In this document: piece after piece, positions 17,682-27,107 of the stretch
How positions within the stretch are numbered: the first letter of the stretch is position 1
Layout: every line of letters starts with the position of its first letter
Source: Aquificaceae bacterium
GTDB lineage: Bacteria > Aquificota > Aquificia > Aquificales > Aquificaceae
Direction of reading: 5' to 3'
NCBI GenBank assembly: GCA_037924335.1
Contig: JAXSMZ010000004.1
Span: forward strand, 14,703 to 78,702
DNA: 64,000 bases
The notes under the pieces: generated by a model
Seen by the model: only the letters and a program-made list of their open reading frames with translations
The model's database searches: none
What the model was told of the DNA's origin: nothing
Program-made: the position numbers and the translations under genes

Positions 17682-19016
17682 TTATCTGAGGTTCCGTACT
17701 TCTTTTGAGTAAGCCCAGTAGAATATAACAGCCCTCAGCGTCATCTCCACACTCATAAAAACCCAAGGTACCAAGGGAGTATGAAAGACCTTAAGGAGAA
17801 GATAGGATGGTATTATCCTGAAAACCCAAAAGGAAAAGAAGTTTACTGCCAAGGGTATGTAAGTCTTTCCCATACCCTTTAGGGCTCCCGAGTATATGCT
17901 GGCGTATGCCATCTGAGGCTGTGAGAGTGCAACGATGATGAGATAATAAACAGCATAACGGATGACATCTGCATCCCTTGTGAATATAAGGGAGAACTCA
18001 CTTGGGAATAGAAGAAGAAAAAGACCTATGAGACCCATGATGAAAGCTGTGAGGTGAGCCGTTAGATTTATTCCATACTTAAGACCTTCATAGTTTTTTG
18101 CTCCCCAATTTTGACCAGATAGGGTAGTAGCTGCAACCATAAAGCCAAAGCCTACCATAAAGGAGACGCTTTCTACCCTTAGACCCACCTGATGGGCTGC
18201 AAGCACCTTGTCTCCAAAGCTTGCCAGAAAGCCAACAAAGATGTTAAAGGAAAGGCTCGTAAAAGCCCTCTCTATGGCTGTAGGCGTTCCTATCCTCATA
18301 ATACGCAAGAGGACACTTTTATCAAAACAGAGGCGCATAGTGAAAGGCTTCCTCTTTTTGATGTATAGGAGAAGGTACGCAAAGAGCCCCACCACTTCTG
18401 ATAGGACTATACCCCACCCAGCACCAGCTACCTCAAGCTTTGGAAAGCCCAAGTTTCCGTATATGAGAAGGTAAGCGCTGCTTATGTTAACCACGTTCAT
18501 AAGGAGGGCGACCTTAAAGGGGGTTTTGGTGTCTCCCCATCCGTTGTAGGCTGCGTATACAGTGTTTGTGGTAAACCCCACTGTTATTAAAGCAAAGATA
18601 GGGTCAAGGTAGTCTCTTGCCAGATGAACAACATTCTGAGATGCCCCAAACTTTGACATCAGAAAGATTACCATGGGTGTTCCCAAAAAGGTCAGGGGGA
18701 GTGCTATCAGAAAAGAGATAAGAAGTCCCCAGAGTAAGGCTGGAGATGGATCTTTGCCAGCTCCCACTCTTTGAGCAACAAGCACAGATGTTCCAGTGTA
18801 AGATAGAGCCATAAGGGAGTATATGAACCAAAGCATGCTTGCCGAGTAGCCAACTGCTGCTATGGCAGTGGAAGACAATCCAGACACGAGTACGATGGAA
18901 AAGGCACTCTCCACAGTGTAAAGAAGGTTAGAAAGCACTATGGGAAAGGCTAAGTTTACAACTTTTCTTATTACGCTGACCTTTCTCTCGCTCGGTTCAA
19001 TGATGAGTTTTGACAT
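17682..19016 (-). CDS. MATE family efflux transporter
   Basis: About 12 TM segments; GDTKTP, GQNWGAK and GMGKT. Confidence 0.9.
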   Translation of the reverse strand: MSKLIIEPSERKVSVIRKVVNLAFPIVLSNLLYTVESAFSIVLVSGLSSTAIAAVGYSASMLWFIYSLMALSYTGTSVLVAQRVGAGKDPSPALLWGLLISFLIALPLTFLGTPMVIFLMSKFGASQNVVHLARDYLDPIFALITVGFTTNTVYAAYNGWGDTKTPFKVALLMNVVNISSAYLLIYGNLGFPKLEVAGAGWGIVLSEVVGLFAYLLLYIKKRKPFTMRLCFDKSVLLRIMRIGTPTAIERAFTSLSFNIFVGFLASFGDKVLAAHQVGLRVESVSFMVGFGFMVAATTLSGQNWGAKNYEGLKYGINLTAHLTAFIMGLIGLFLLLFPSEFSLIFTRDADVIRYAVYYLIIVALSQPQMAYASIYSGALKGMGKTYIPLAVNFFSFWVFRIIPSYLLLKVFHTPLVPWVFMSVEMTLRAVIFYWAYSKEVRNLR

Positions 19017-19752
19017 AGGACTCTATTACTCTCTTAGCTTCTATGTAGCCGGCCATATAGAGCTCATCAGCTTTCCATATGTCCACGGTAGAATATCCTT
19101 GAAGCTTTGGCTCTATGGTCATATGGCATAGTTCCTTTCTCTTGTCCACGTTGGACCTCACAGCCAAAAGAAAGCTTCTGACTATAATGTGTGCTATGCT
19201 CCTTACCTTTTCCACAGAGTCAGTTGGGTTTACATCCACTCCTACCAGCAGTCCCTCTTTGTTCAAAAGGGGCTCCACTGGTAAGTTGTTGGTGACACCC
19301 CCATCTACAAGGAGGTAATCTCCGTACCTTATAGGTTCAAAGATGCCGGGCAGGGCACAGCTTCCCAAAAGTAAAGGGTACAACTCACCAGAATCAAAGT
19401 AAAAGGTCCTCCCACTCTTTATGTCCAAAACACATATGTGGAGTTTTTTGGCAAGCTGCTCTATCCTTTCTACTCCCAAGTGCCCTCTCAAGAACCTTTC
19501 TGCCTTGCTGAAGCTGAAAAGCCCATACTTGGGAACCTTTGGTCTTATGGTTTTTAACCAATCTTTGGACTTTACAATCTTTAACATTTCCTCCGGAGTG
19601 TAACCACTGCAGTAAAAAGCACCCACAAGAGCACCAGCACTTACACCGCTCACAGATGTAACCTCAACGCTAAGCTCCTCAAGAGCTTTTAATACACCGA
19701 TATGAGCTATGCCTCTTGCAGCACCACCAGAGAGAACAAGTTTAACCTTCAT
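18997..19752 (-). CDS. Patatin-like phospholipase
   Basis: LSGGAARG, GVSAG and DGG. Confidence 0.9.
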   Translation of the reverse strand: MKVKLVLSGGAARGIAHIGVLKALEELSVEVTSVSGVSAGALVGAFYCSGYTPEEMLKIVKSKDWLKTIRPKVPKYGLFSFSKAERFLRGHLGVERIEQLAKKLHICVLDIKSGRTFYFDSGELYPLLLGSCALPGIFEPIRYGDYLLVDGGVTNNLPVEPLLNKEGLLVGVDVNPTDSVEKVRSIAHIIVRSFLLAVRSNVDKRKELCHMTIEPKLQGYSTVDIWKADELYMAGYIEAKRVIESYVKTHH

Positions 19753-20212
19753 GACCTAAAAGGATAACACACATACAGACTATACCCTCTTCCCTGCAAA
19801 ATCCTTCCTTTGTTTTGCCTTTCAGAGAGATGATTCCCTCATCTACTCCCAAAAGTTTAGCCAAGCTTCCTCTTATCTTCTCCTTTGTGGGGGATATCTT
19901 TGGGCTATCCGTTATTATCACGCAGTCAAGGTTTAGAATCCTGTAGCCTTTTTCTCTCATCCTCTTGAGAGCTTCTTTCAAGAAGGTATCCGACCTTTTA
20001 CCTTTCCACCTTGGGTCTGTGTCTGGAAAGAGCTGTCCCATGTCTGGTTCTCCCAAAGCTCCCAGTATGGCGTCTGTGATGGCATGGAGAAGAACGTCCG
20101 AGTCTGAATGCCCCTTTAGACCTTTGGGATAGTCTATGAGCACCCCCCCCATGTATAGGGGCTTTCCCTCTTGAAACTCATGGGAATCAAAGCCAAAGCC
20201 TACTCTAATCAT
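19742..20212 (-). CDS. ispF: 2-C-methyl-D-erythritol 2,4-cyclodiphosphate synthase
   Basis: RVGFGFDSH and GHSDSDVLLHAITDAILGA. Confidence 0.95.
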   Translation of the reverse strand: MIRVGFGFDSHEFQEGKPLYMGGVLIDYPKGLKGHSDSDVLLHAITDAILGALGEPDMGQLFPDTDPRWKGKRSDTFLKEALKRMREKGYRILNLDCVIITDSPKISPTKEKIRGSLAKLLGVDEGIISLKGKTKEGFCREEGIVCMCVILLGHEG

Positions 20213-21332
20213 CCTTTAAGAATATACCTTTAAGAGCGCTAAAGAGCAAATTTAGGTCTTCTTCCCTGTACCTTAAACTTACTGTTAGCCTGAGCCTTGC
20301 TTTGCCTAAAGGTACTGTAGGGTACCTTATGGCTTGAAGGAATATACCTTCTTTGAAAAGCCTTTCCCTTATCTCCAAAGCTCTCTTTTCGTTGTAAACC
20401 ATCATGGGAATTATGGGAGTTCCGTAAAAAGGTGCATCTATTCCCAGTTTCCTTGTAATTCCGTGTATCCTTGCAGAAAGCTCTCTTAAACTTTGGACCA
20501 TGCCTGGATTTTGCTTGACTATTTCTAAAGCCTTTATGGCTCCAGCGCATAGGGAAGGTGGTAAAGATGTGGAAAATATCAAACTTCTTGCCGTGTTTAT
20601 CAGATACTGGCAGAGCTTTTCTGAACCACAGACAAAGGCACCATAAGAGCCAAGGGCTTTAGAGAGCGTTCCCATCACAATCATGTACTCTTCCCACTCT
20701 TCTGAGAACTCTTCAAGCCCCCCTCTCCCATTCTTTCCCAAAACTCCTGTTGCGTGGGCTTCATCAAGGTAGAGCATGCAGTCATAAGACTTGGCAAGCT
20801 TTTTTAGGCTTGGGACATGAGCCACATCCCCATCCATGCTAAAGACAGTATCGCTCGCTATAAGACATCTTCTGTGTTTTTTTCTTTCCCTATGAAGTAT
20901 AACTTCAAGATGCTCATAGTCCCTATGTTTGAAAATAAAGACCTTTGCCTTAGAGATCCTACAACCGTCTATTATGCTTGCATGGTTTAGCTCATCGCTC
21001 AGTATCATATCTCCCTCTTCCACAAGGCTGGAGATGGAGAGGTTTGCAAGGTAGCCAGACCCAAAGAGAACACAGCAAGGAACACCCTTGAAATTGGCCA
21101 AGGCATCTTCCAACTCTTTGTGGTACTTGGTATAGCCAGAGACCAATTGAGAGGCACCGCTACCAAGACCGTACTCTTTTAGCACTCTCTGGGCTTCTTT
21201 AACCACCTCTGGATGGTCCCTAAGGGCCAAATAATCGTTGGAGCAGAAGTCCCTTAGCTCTTCTCTTGGTCTTCTCTCTCTGTAAAGACCTTTTTCCTTT
21301 AGCTCCTTTAGAAGTTCTTCTATCCAATCCAT
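20205..21332 (-). CDS. bioF: 8-amino-7-oxononanoate synthase
   Basis: FCSNDYL, NHASIIDG, DEAH and GTLSKALG. Confidence 0.92.
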   Translation of the reverse strand: MDWIEELLKELKEKGLYRERRPREELRDFCSNDYLALRDHPEVVKEAQRVLKEYGLGSGASQLVSGYTKYHKELEDALANFKGVPCCVLFGSGYLANLSISSLVEEGDMILSDELNHASIIDGCRISKAKVFIFKHRDYEHLEVILHRERKKHRRCLIASDTVFSMDGDVAHVPSLKKLAKSYDCMLYLDEAHATGVLGKNGRGGLEEFSEEWEEYMIVMGTLSKALGSYGAFVCGSEKLCQYLINTARSLIFSTSLPPSLCAGAIKALEIVKQNPGMVQSLRELSARIHGITRKLGIDAPFYGTPIIPMMVYNEKRALEIRERLFKEGIFLQAIRYPTVPLGKARLRLTVSLRYREEDLNLLFSALKGIFLKDD

Positions 21333-21334
21333 GC

Positions 21335-22633
21335 TCAGCTGAAAAGCTTAACTACCAAATATAAACCCAATAAGGTGAAAGCCAAGGTGGGTAAGGTTAG
21401 TATTATGCCGGTTTTAAAGTAATAACCCCAGCTTATCTTTATCCCTTTGTACTCAAGAACGTAGAGCCAAAGAAGTGTTGCCAGAGAGCCTATCGGTGTT
21501 ATTTTGGGACCAAGGTCGCAACCCACTACGTTGGCATAGCCGAGGATTTTCTTCATTTCTGTGGAAAGTCCAGTCTCATCTATAGCAAGGTTCACTATCA
21601 TAACAGAGGGCATGTTGTTCATCACCGAGGACAAGAAGGCTGAAAGGAAGCCAGTTGTGAACACCCCAACCCAGTTATCCTCGCCGGCGGCAAGCTCCAA
21701 AAGTCTTGAAAGCTGGTAGGTTAGCCCTGCATTCCTAAGACCATAAACTACTACGTACATACCAATGGAAAATACCACGACCTTCCAAGGTGTCTCTCTC
21801 ATAACCAAGTTGTACACGCTAAAAACCCTGTACCTCAGAGAAACCAAAAAGAGCAAAGCACCAGCAAAAGCTATTATGAAGGATGCCGGTATGTGATAGA
21901 AAGCCTCGCTTATGAAAAACCCAAAGAGCATCAAAAGAGCAACTACCCAAACAGCTTTAAATACAAAAGGGTCCTTTATGGCAAGCTTTGGTGGCTTGTC
22001 TTCTATAGCCTCTACATCGTAGGTTTTTATCATATCTTTTCTGAAAAACAGGAAAAGCACTCCAATGGTGGCAATTAGAGAGAAAAGGTTTACGAAGGTC
22101 ATTCTAAAGGCATACTCAAAAAAGCCTATGTTGAAGAAATCTGCCGTCAGAATATTAACTAAGTTTGAGACAACTAAGGGAAGGCTTGTAGTGTCTGCAA
22201 CGAACCCAGCTGCCATTATATAGGGAAGCATGTCCCTCTTCTTTAGACCTAAATACTTTATCTTCTGGTAGATTATGGGAGTGAGTATGAGGGCAGCACC
22301 GTCGTTGGCAAAGGAGGCAGAGATGAGAGCTCCAAGGAGTACTATGTAAAGAAAAAGCTTTCTCCCATCACCTTTTGCAAAATGCATCATATGAAGGGCT
22401 GCCCACTCAAAAAAACCTACCTTGTCTAGTATGATGGATATGAAGATTATGCCCACAAAGGCGATTGTTGGGTCCCATACGATCTCCACAACCTTTTTTA
22501 CATCTTCAAAGGACACAACGCCGAAGACAATGGCCAAGATAGCCCCAAAGGTGGCACTGTAGCCCATCCCTATGCCCCTTGGCTGTTTTATTACTAGAAA
22601 AAGAGTCAAAACAAAAAGAAAAACTGCCAACAT
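21335..22633 (-). CDS. arsB: Arsenite efflux pump ArsB
   Basis: FANDGAALILTP, SVMNNMP and GPKITPIGSLATLLW. Confidence 0.92.
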   Translation of the reverse strand: MLAVFLFVLTLFLVIKQPRGIGMGYSATFGAILAIVFGVVSFEDVKKVVEIVWDPTIAFVGIIFISIILDKVGFFEWAALHMMHFAKGDGRKLFLYIVLLGALISASFANDGAALILTPIIYQKIKYLGLKKRDMLPYIMAAGFVADTTSLPLVVSNLVNILTADFFNIGFFEYAFRMTFVNLFSLIATIGVLFLFFRKDMIKTYDVEAIEDKPPKLAIKDPFVFKAVWVVALLMLFGFFISEAFYHIPASFIIAFAGALLFLVSLRYRVFSVYNLVMRETPWKVVVFSIGMYVVVYGLRNAGLTYQLSRLLELAAGEDNWVGVFTTGFLSAFLSSVMNNMPSVMIVNLAIDETGLSTEMKKILGYANVVGCDLGPKITPIGSLATLLWLYVLEYKGIKISWGYYFKTGIILTLPTLAFTLLGLYLVVKLFS

Positions 22634-22929
22634 TAATCTTTTGCCTCACAAGCTATACTCAGACCCTCTAACGGTATACCTTTTATCATCTGTTTAATAC
22701 ATTCTGGCAAGTTTTTTATGCGGTAGTAAACCCATTTACCCCTCCTTTCTCCCTCAATTATGTCAGCCTCCCTTAAAATTCTCAAGTGGAAGGAGACTCT
22801 TGGCTGATAGGTTCTAAAGGCATGTTGAAACTGGCAGACACAGACTTCTGGGTATTCCAGAAGCATTCTTACTATTTTCAGTCTGATCTCATCAGAAAGT
22901 GCATAAAAAACTCTCTCCAAGTCCTTCAT
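22633..22929 (-). CDS. arsR: ArsR/SmtB family regulator
   Basis: FYALSDEIRL, EVCVC metal-binding box, SFHLRILREA; upstream of arsB. Confidence 0.88.
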   Translation of the reverse strand: MKDLERVFYALSDEIRLKIVRMLLEYPEVCVCQFQHAFRTYQPRVSFHLRILREADIIEGERRGKWVYYRIKNLPECIKQMIKGIPLEGLSIACEAKD

Positions 22930-22930
22930 A

Positions 22931-23092
22931 TTAGTCTATCAACTTCTTAGACCTTGATATGGCTTCTTCTATATCTTCTTTTGAAACCTTGCCTTCGATC
23001 TCAATGGCTGGTTTGCCATCTACCAATTTGACTTGAATGAACTTTACTTCCTTAACCTCAGAAACATCTACTATTCTCCTTCCTTTCTCCAT
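22931..23092 (-). CDS. Small 53-aa protein leading the ars operon (below the ORF-track cutoff)
   Basis: MEKGRRIVDVSEVKEVKFIQVKLVDGKPAIEIEGKVSKEDIEEAISRSKKLID; RBS GGAGG; stop lies 1 nt before the arsR ATG. Confidence 0.65.
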   Translation of the reverse strand: MEKGRRIVDVSEVKEVKFIQVKLVDGKPAIEIEGKVSKEDIEEAISRSKKLID

Positions 23093-23209
23093 TCTAAGCC
23101 TCCTATAAAAATTTTTTTATGTATTTTTATGATAAAAGGAATACAAGACTTTTTCTATGATTAAAATCATCTCTGAAGAACTCTCCTTTGAAAGCTATAT
23201 TCTATCTTT

Positions 23210-25054
23210 ATGAAGGAAAAATGGAAGATCATTGCGAGCATGATCAAAGGGGAGTTTGGTATTGAGGTACAGCCAAGCTACGAGGGATGGGGAGCAGGTT
23301 ATGATCCAAAAAACTTGCCTCTTTTGGAGATGTGGGCAAGGGGTGAGGCTAAGGATATACCACAGCATGTTAAAAAGCCAAAAGGTATAGTGTTTAGTAT
23401 TCCAGAGCTCATAAAGAAGCACGAGGATACGGTCATAAACCACATAAGGCACGAGGTTAACTATCTTTTAAGTACGAACCTTTACTTTTGGAGACTTGGG
23501 CAGAGAGAGTTTTTTAAGTTTGGAATCCAGCCTACGGCTTTTTTGGTTCTTTACTCTGTGCTAGAATCCATCAAGGCGGACGAGCTTTTAATAAGGAAAC
23601 ACCCTAAATCTTCAGACTCTTTAAAGGATAGATACAGTCAAATCATAAAAGAGCTTCCAAAAAAACTTTACCCACATCACAGATTTGCTCTTGGTTTTCT
23701 CATGCTGTGGTTGGGAAGGTTGGATGAGATGGAGACAGAGGGTCAAAGAAAGGTAAAGTCCTTAGAAGGGAGTTTTTTTGATTATCTTAGCAGTGATGAA
23801 GAAGGGGCTTATTACATACTTATGGAAGACTTATTCGGTAAGTACAGGGTTACAATAGAAGAGTCTCAGGAGCTTAGCCACATAGATATGCTCGTTGAAG
23901 AGGCATGGGGAAAGGTAAAAGAAGGGCACAGAGCAAGGATAATAACCGATGTTCTTGGAAAGCTTCCGCAGGATGTGAGAGCTTTGATAAAAAACCAGAT
24001 GTCTTTGGAAGAGAAAAACCACGTGCTCGGAAGTCTAAAGAACATACCAGACTGGATGCAAAGCTACATGAGGGAGATGTCATACATAAATTTGGTTGAA
24101 AAAGATTTAGCTTACATATCCCACTTTTTACCCAAGACTCTTGAAAGGGACATAGAACACAGAGGCTTTGTCTCTTTCTTGCTCAAGGGATGGGAAAGTG
24201 TAGGAGAGGGTGGGTTTTCCAATTCAAGCAACAAAAAAGAGGAGTTGTCTGAAAGGGATAAAAAGTATGAAAAGCTGTATAAACTCAAAGAAAAGGACTT
24301 CAGAGAGTACAGACTTCTTTTGAAAAGTGTGCTACCTTATGTAGAATCTATGAAGCGCAGGTTTATAAAGCTGTTCCAGCAAGAGGATGAAGGTTGGACA
24401 TGGGGATATGTTCATGGAAGGCGCATGGACCACAAAAGAATTAGCGTAGAGGTTCCCACAAAGCAGGGTCGCATTTACAAAAGAAGGATTCTCCCAGATA
24501 GAAAAAGGATAGCTTTTAAACTTCTTATAGATGTATCCTCTTCTATGAAAAGGGAGGAGAAGATACGTAATGCTCTGAGGTCTTTGATCCTTTTCAGTGA
24601 GGTTTTGGAAAAAATGGATTTGCCCTTTTCCATAGATGCTTTCAGCAGTGATATGTTCTCTATAAAGCCCTTTGCCACAGATTACAGCTCATCCCTTTCA
24701 AGAATAATAGAGCTTTCTGATATTCTCGGTGGGACAACAAACATAGAAAAGGCTCTGGTATTTGCTTCGGAAGATTTAGAGACTTTTTGTAAGAGGAACG
24801 GCATTAAAGGCATTCTCATCCTATTTTCCGATGGTGAGCCTACAAAGGGACTCAAAGGAAAACCTTTGAAGGGTCTTATAGATGAACTCAAAGCAAAATT
24901 TCCTATAGTAGGCATAGGTGTGGGAAGTACAAGAAACTTCATAGAGGATTACTTTGAGGAAACAGCCATAAGAGTAACAGATATGTCTAAGCTTCCCTCC
25001 GCCTTCACTTTTGTTATGGAAAACCAGTTCAAAAGGTTACAGATGCAAGCCTAA
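23210..25054 (+). CDS. VWA-domain protein (CobT/NorD/CbbO-like architecture)
   Basis: MIDAS residues DVSSS, GGT and SDGEP in the C-terminal domain; RHEVNY motif in the N-terminal part. Confidence 0.75.
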   Translation: MKEKWKIIASMIKGEFGIEVQPSYEGWGAGYDPKNLPLLEMWARGEAKDIPQHVKKPKGIVFSIPELIKKHEDTVINHIRHEVNYLLSTNLYFWRLGQREFFKFGIQPTAFLVLYSVLESIKADELLIRKHPKSSDSLKDRYSQIIKELPKKLYPHHRFALGFLMLWLGRLDEMETEGQRKVKSLEGSFFDYLSSDEEGAYYILMEDLFGKYRVTIEESQELSHIDMLVEEAWGKVKEGHRARIITDVLGKLPQDVRALIKNQMSLEEKNHVLGSLKNIPDWMQSYMREMSYINLVEKDLAYISHFLPKTLERDIEHRGFVSFLLKGWESVGEGGFSNSSNKKEELSERDKKYEKLYKLKEKDFREYRLLLKSVLPYVESMKRRFIKLFQQEDEGWTWGYVHGRRMDHKRISVEVPTKQGRIYKRRILPDRKRIAFKLLIDVSSSMKREEKIRNALRSLILFSEVLEKMDLPFSIDAFSSDMFSIKPFATDYSSSLSRIIELSDILGGTTNIEKALVFASEDLETFCKRNGIKGILILFSDGEPTKGLKGKPLKGLIDELKAKFPIVGIGVGSTRNFIEDYFEETAIRVTDMSKLPSAFTFVMENQFKRLQMQA

Positions 25055-25338
25055 CGTCTCACATGGAAGCTATAGTTGGTTTTTTTAGGATATTTTTTCG
25101 CCTCCTCAAAAAAATCCATAGCTTGATGCTCTTGACCCAAGGACATGTTTAAGAGTCCCAAGAGGTAATACTTCTCAAAACAGTCCTCCGAAAGCATAAG
25201 CCATTTTGTAGCCTCCAAGTACTTGAACTCCGTTATGTATCTTAGACCAAGGGAAAGAGGGTCCTTTAAACCCTTTAGGTCCTCTTTGTTTATCTTCCTT
25301 CCACCTTTGTAGATGATTATCCTAACCTTGACGCGCAT
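25051..25338 (-). CDS. Small hypothetical protein, TPR-like
   Basis: YYLLGLLNMSLGQEHQAMDFFEEA helix pair; overlaps the upstream ferredoxin gene. Confidence 0.55.
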   Translation of the reverse strand: MRVKVRIIIYKGGRKINKEDLKGLKDPLSLGLRYITEFKYLEATKWLMLSEDCFEKYYLLGLLNMSLGQEHQAMDFFEEAKKYPKKTNYSFHVRR

Positions 25339-25852
25339 TCCAATCGAAAATTTCCCTGTAAACCTCTGAATTTACCCTTTTAGCTATGTGTCTTTCTATT
25401 GGAACTTGTTCTGTCTCAACAAAGTAAAGACAGTTGGTCACGCACTTAGAAACGCAAGAAGGCAAAAGTCCTTTATCCACTCTTTTGTAGCAATAATCAC
25501 ACTTTTCCACCTTCATGGTGCTGGGATTAAAGCTTATAGCTCCGTAGGGACATGCTATTATACAAGCCTTACATCCTATGCATAGATTCTCCTGAAGGTA
25601 TACAATCCCATCCTCTCTCTTCCTCATGGCCGATGTGGGACAAGCAAAGACACATGGGGCAGGCTCGCAGTGGAAGCAGTTCATGGGGAGGAAAAAGGCA
25701 TCAGGTTCTTCCAAAAGTCCTTCAACTCTGAGGACCTTCATGGGTCTAATGCCAAAGGTCTCTATGCCTTTCTCTTGAACGCATGCAACCTCACACGACA
25801 GACACCCTATGCATCTGTCCAAGTCTATGAGCATTACAGGCCTTTTTGTCAA
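25322..25852 (-). CDS. 4x[4Fe-4S] electron transfer protein (DmsB/NrfC-like)
   Basis: CIGCLSCEVAC, CFHCEPAPCVFACP, CIGCKACIIACP and KCDYC; TTG start with RBS. Confidence 0.88.
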   Translation of the reverse strand: MTKRPVMLIDLDRCIGCLSCEVACVQEKGIETFGIRPMKVLRVEGLLEEPDAFFLPMNCFHCEPAPCVFACPTSAMRKREDGIVYLQENLCIGCKACIIACPYGAISFNPSTMKVEKCDYCYKRVDKGLLPSCVSKCVTNCLYFVETEQVPIERHIAKRVNSEVYREIFDWNARQG

Positions 25853-25888
25853 TTTAGCCTCCTTTAGTTATATTATAATTTTCAAAGA

Positions 25889-25978
25889 GGAGAGGTGGCC
25901 GAGAGGCCGAAGGCGGCTCCCTGCTAAGGAGTTGTAGGGTTAAATGCCCTACCGCGGGTTCGAATCCCGCCCTCTCCG
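25889..25978 (+). tRNA. tRNA-Ser(GCT)
   Basis: GGAGAGG/CCTCTCC acceptor stem, anticodon GCT, long variable arm, GGTTCGAATCC; TATAAT upstream. Confidence 0.95.
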
Positions 25979-25991
25979 TATTGGAATGAAT

Positions 25992-27107
25992 ATGAAAAGA
26001 GCTGTGCTTGCCTTAGAGGATGGTACTTATTTTTTGGGATATTCCTTCGGTGCTGAAGGAACGGCCTATGGGGAGGTTGTTTTTAATACATCCATGACTG
26101 GCTATCAGGAAATAATTACAGACCCATCTTACAGGGGGCAGATAGTAGTTATGACTTACACGCAGATAGGAAACTATGGAGTAAACAGTCAAGACGTAGA
26201 ATCCAAGAATATACAGGTAAGCTCCCTTGTGGTGAGGGAGCTTTCTGCCTTTTACAGCAACTGGAGAGCACAAAAAAGCCTTGATGAGTACTTAAAAGAG
26301 AGTGGTGTTTTGGGTATATGGGGAGTGGATACAAGAGCCATCGTTAAAAAAATAAGGGAAAGGGGTGTCATAAGGGGAGTTGTCTCTACGAGCGGTGAAG
26401 ACCCAAAGAAGCTGGTTAAAATGGCAATGAGTATAAAGGATATTTCAGAGATGGACCTTGTTGAGGAAGTTGCTACCAAGGAAATTTACCACTGGAAGGA
26501 AGGGGATTGGAATCTACAGAGTGGATATGTAAAAAAGGATGATGGAAGACCCCTTTTTGCGGTTGTGGACTTTGGAGTCAAGTATAACATACTTAGAAGG
26601 CTTGTGGGTGAAGGAGCTAAGGTAATTGTCATCCCTCCTTATGATGTGGAAAAGCTAATAGTAGAGCTTGACCCAGATGCCATACTACTGAGCAATGGCC
26701 CAGGAGACCCAAAAAGAGTGCTGCAGGGGATAAGGCTTGTCAGAAAGTTCATGGAAAAGAAGCCCCTCTTTGGTATATGCTTAGGACACCAGGTTATAGG
26801 TTTGGCTCTTGGTGGCAGGACTTACAAGCTCAAGTTTGGTCATCATGGTGGGAACCATCCAGTGAAGGACATTAGAGATGGACATATAGAGATAACTGCT
26901 CAGAATCACAACTTTGCAGTAGACCCAGAAACGCTGAAGGATGTGGAGATAACTCATATAAACTTGTTGGATGAAACCCTCGAAGGCTTTAAGCACAAGT
27001 ACCTTCCCATATATTGCGTGCAGTACCATCCAGAAGCATCCCCTGGACCTCATGATTCTAAGAACATATTCAAAGAGTTCATAGAGCTCTCTTATGCAAG
27101 AGTTTAA
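25992..27107 (+). CDS. carA: Carbamoyl-phosphate synthase small subunit
   Basis: GEVVFNTSMTGYQE, SNGPGDP, GICLGHQ and QYHPEASPGPHD. Confidence 0.96.
   Translation: MKRAVLALEDGTYFLGYSFGAEGTAYGEVVFNTSMTGYQEIITDPSYRGQIVVMTYTQIGNYGVNSQDVESKNIQVSSLVVRELSAFYSNWRAQKSLDEYLKESGVLGIWGVDTRAIVKKIRERGVIRGVVSTSGEDPKKLVKMAMSIKDISEMDLVEEVATKEIYHWKEGDWNLQSGYVKKDDGRPLFAVVDFGVKYNILRRLVGEGAKVIVIPPYDVEKLIVELDPDAILLSNGPGDPKRVLQGIRLVRKFMEKKPLFGICLGHQVIGLALGGRTYKLKFGHHGGNHPVKDIRDGHIEITAQNHNFAVDPETLKDVEITHINLLDETLEGFKHKYLPIYCVQYHPEASPGPHDSKNIFKEFIELSYARV

Noticed and set aside
25944..25991. N-terminal extension of carA given in the ORF track
   Set aside because: It overlaps tRNA-Ser; the real start is near 25986-25992
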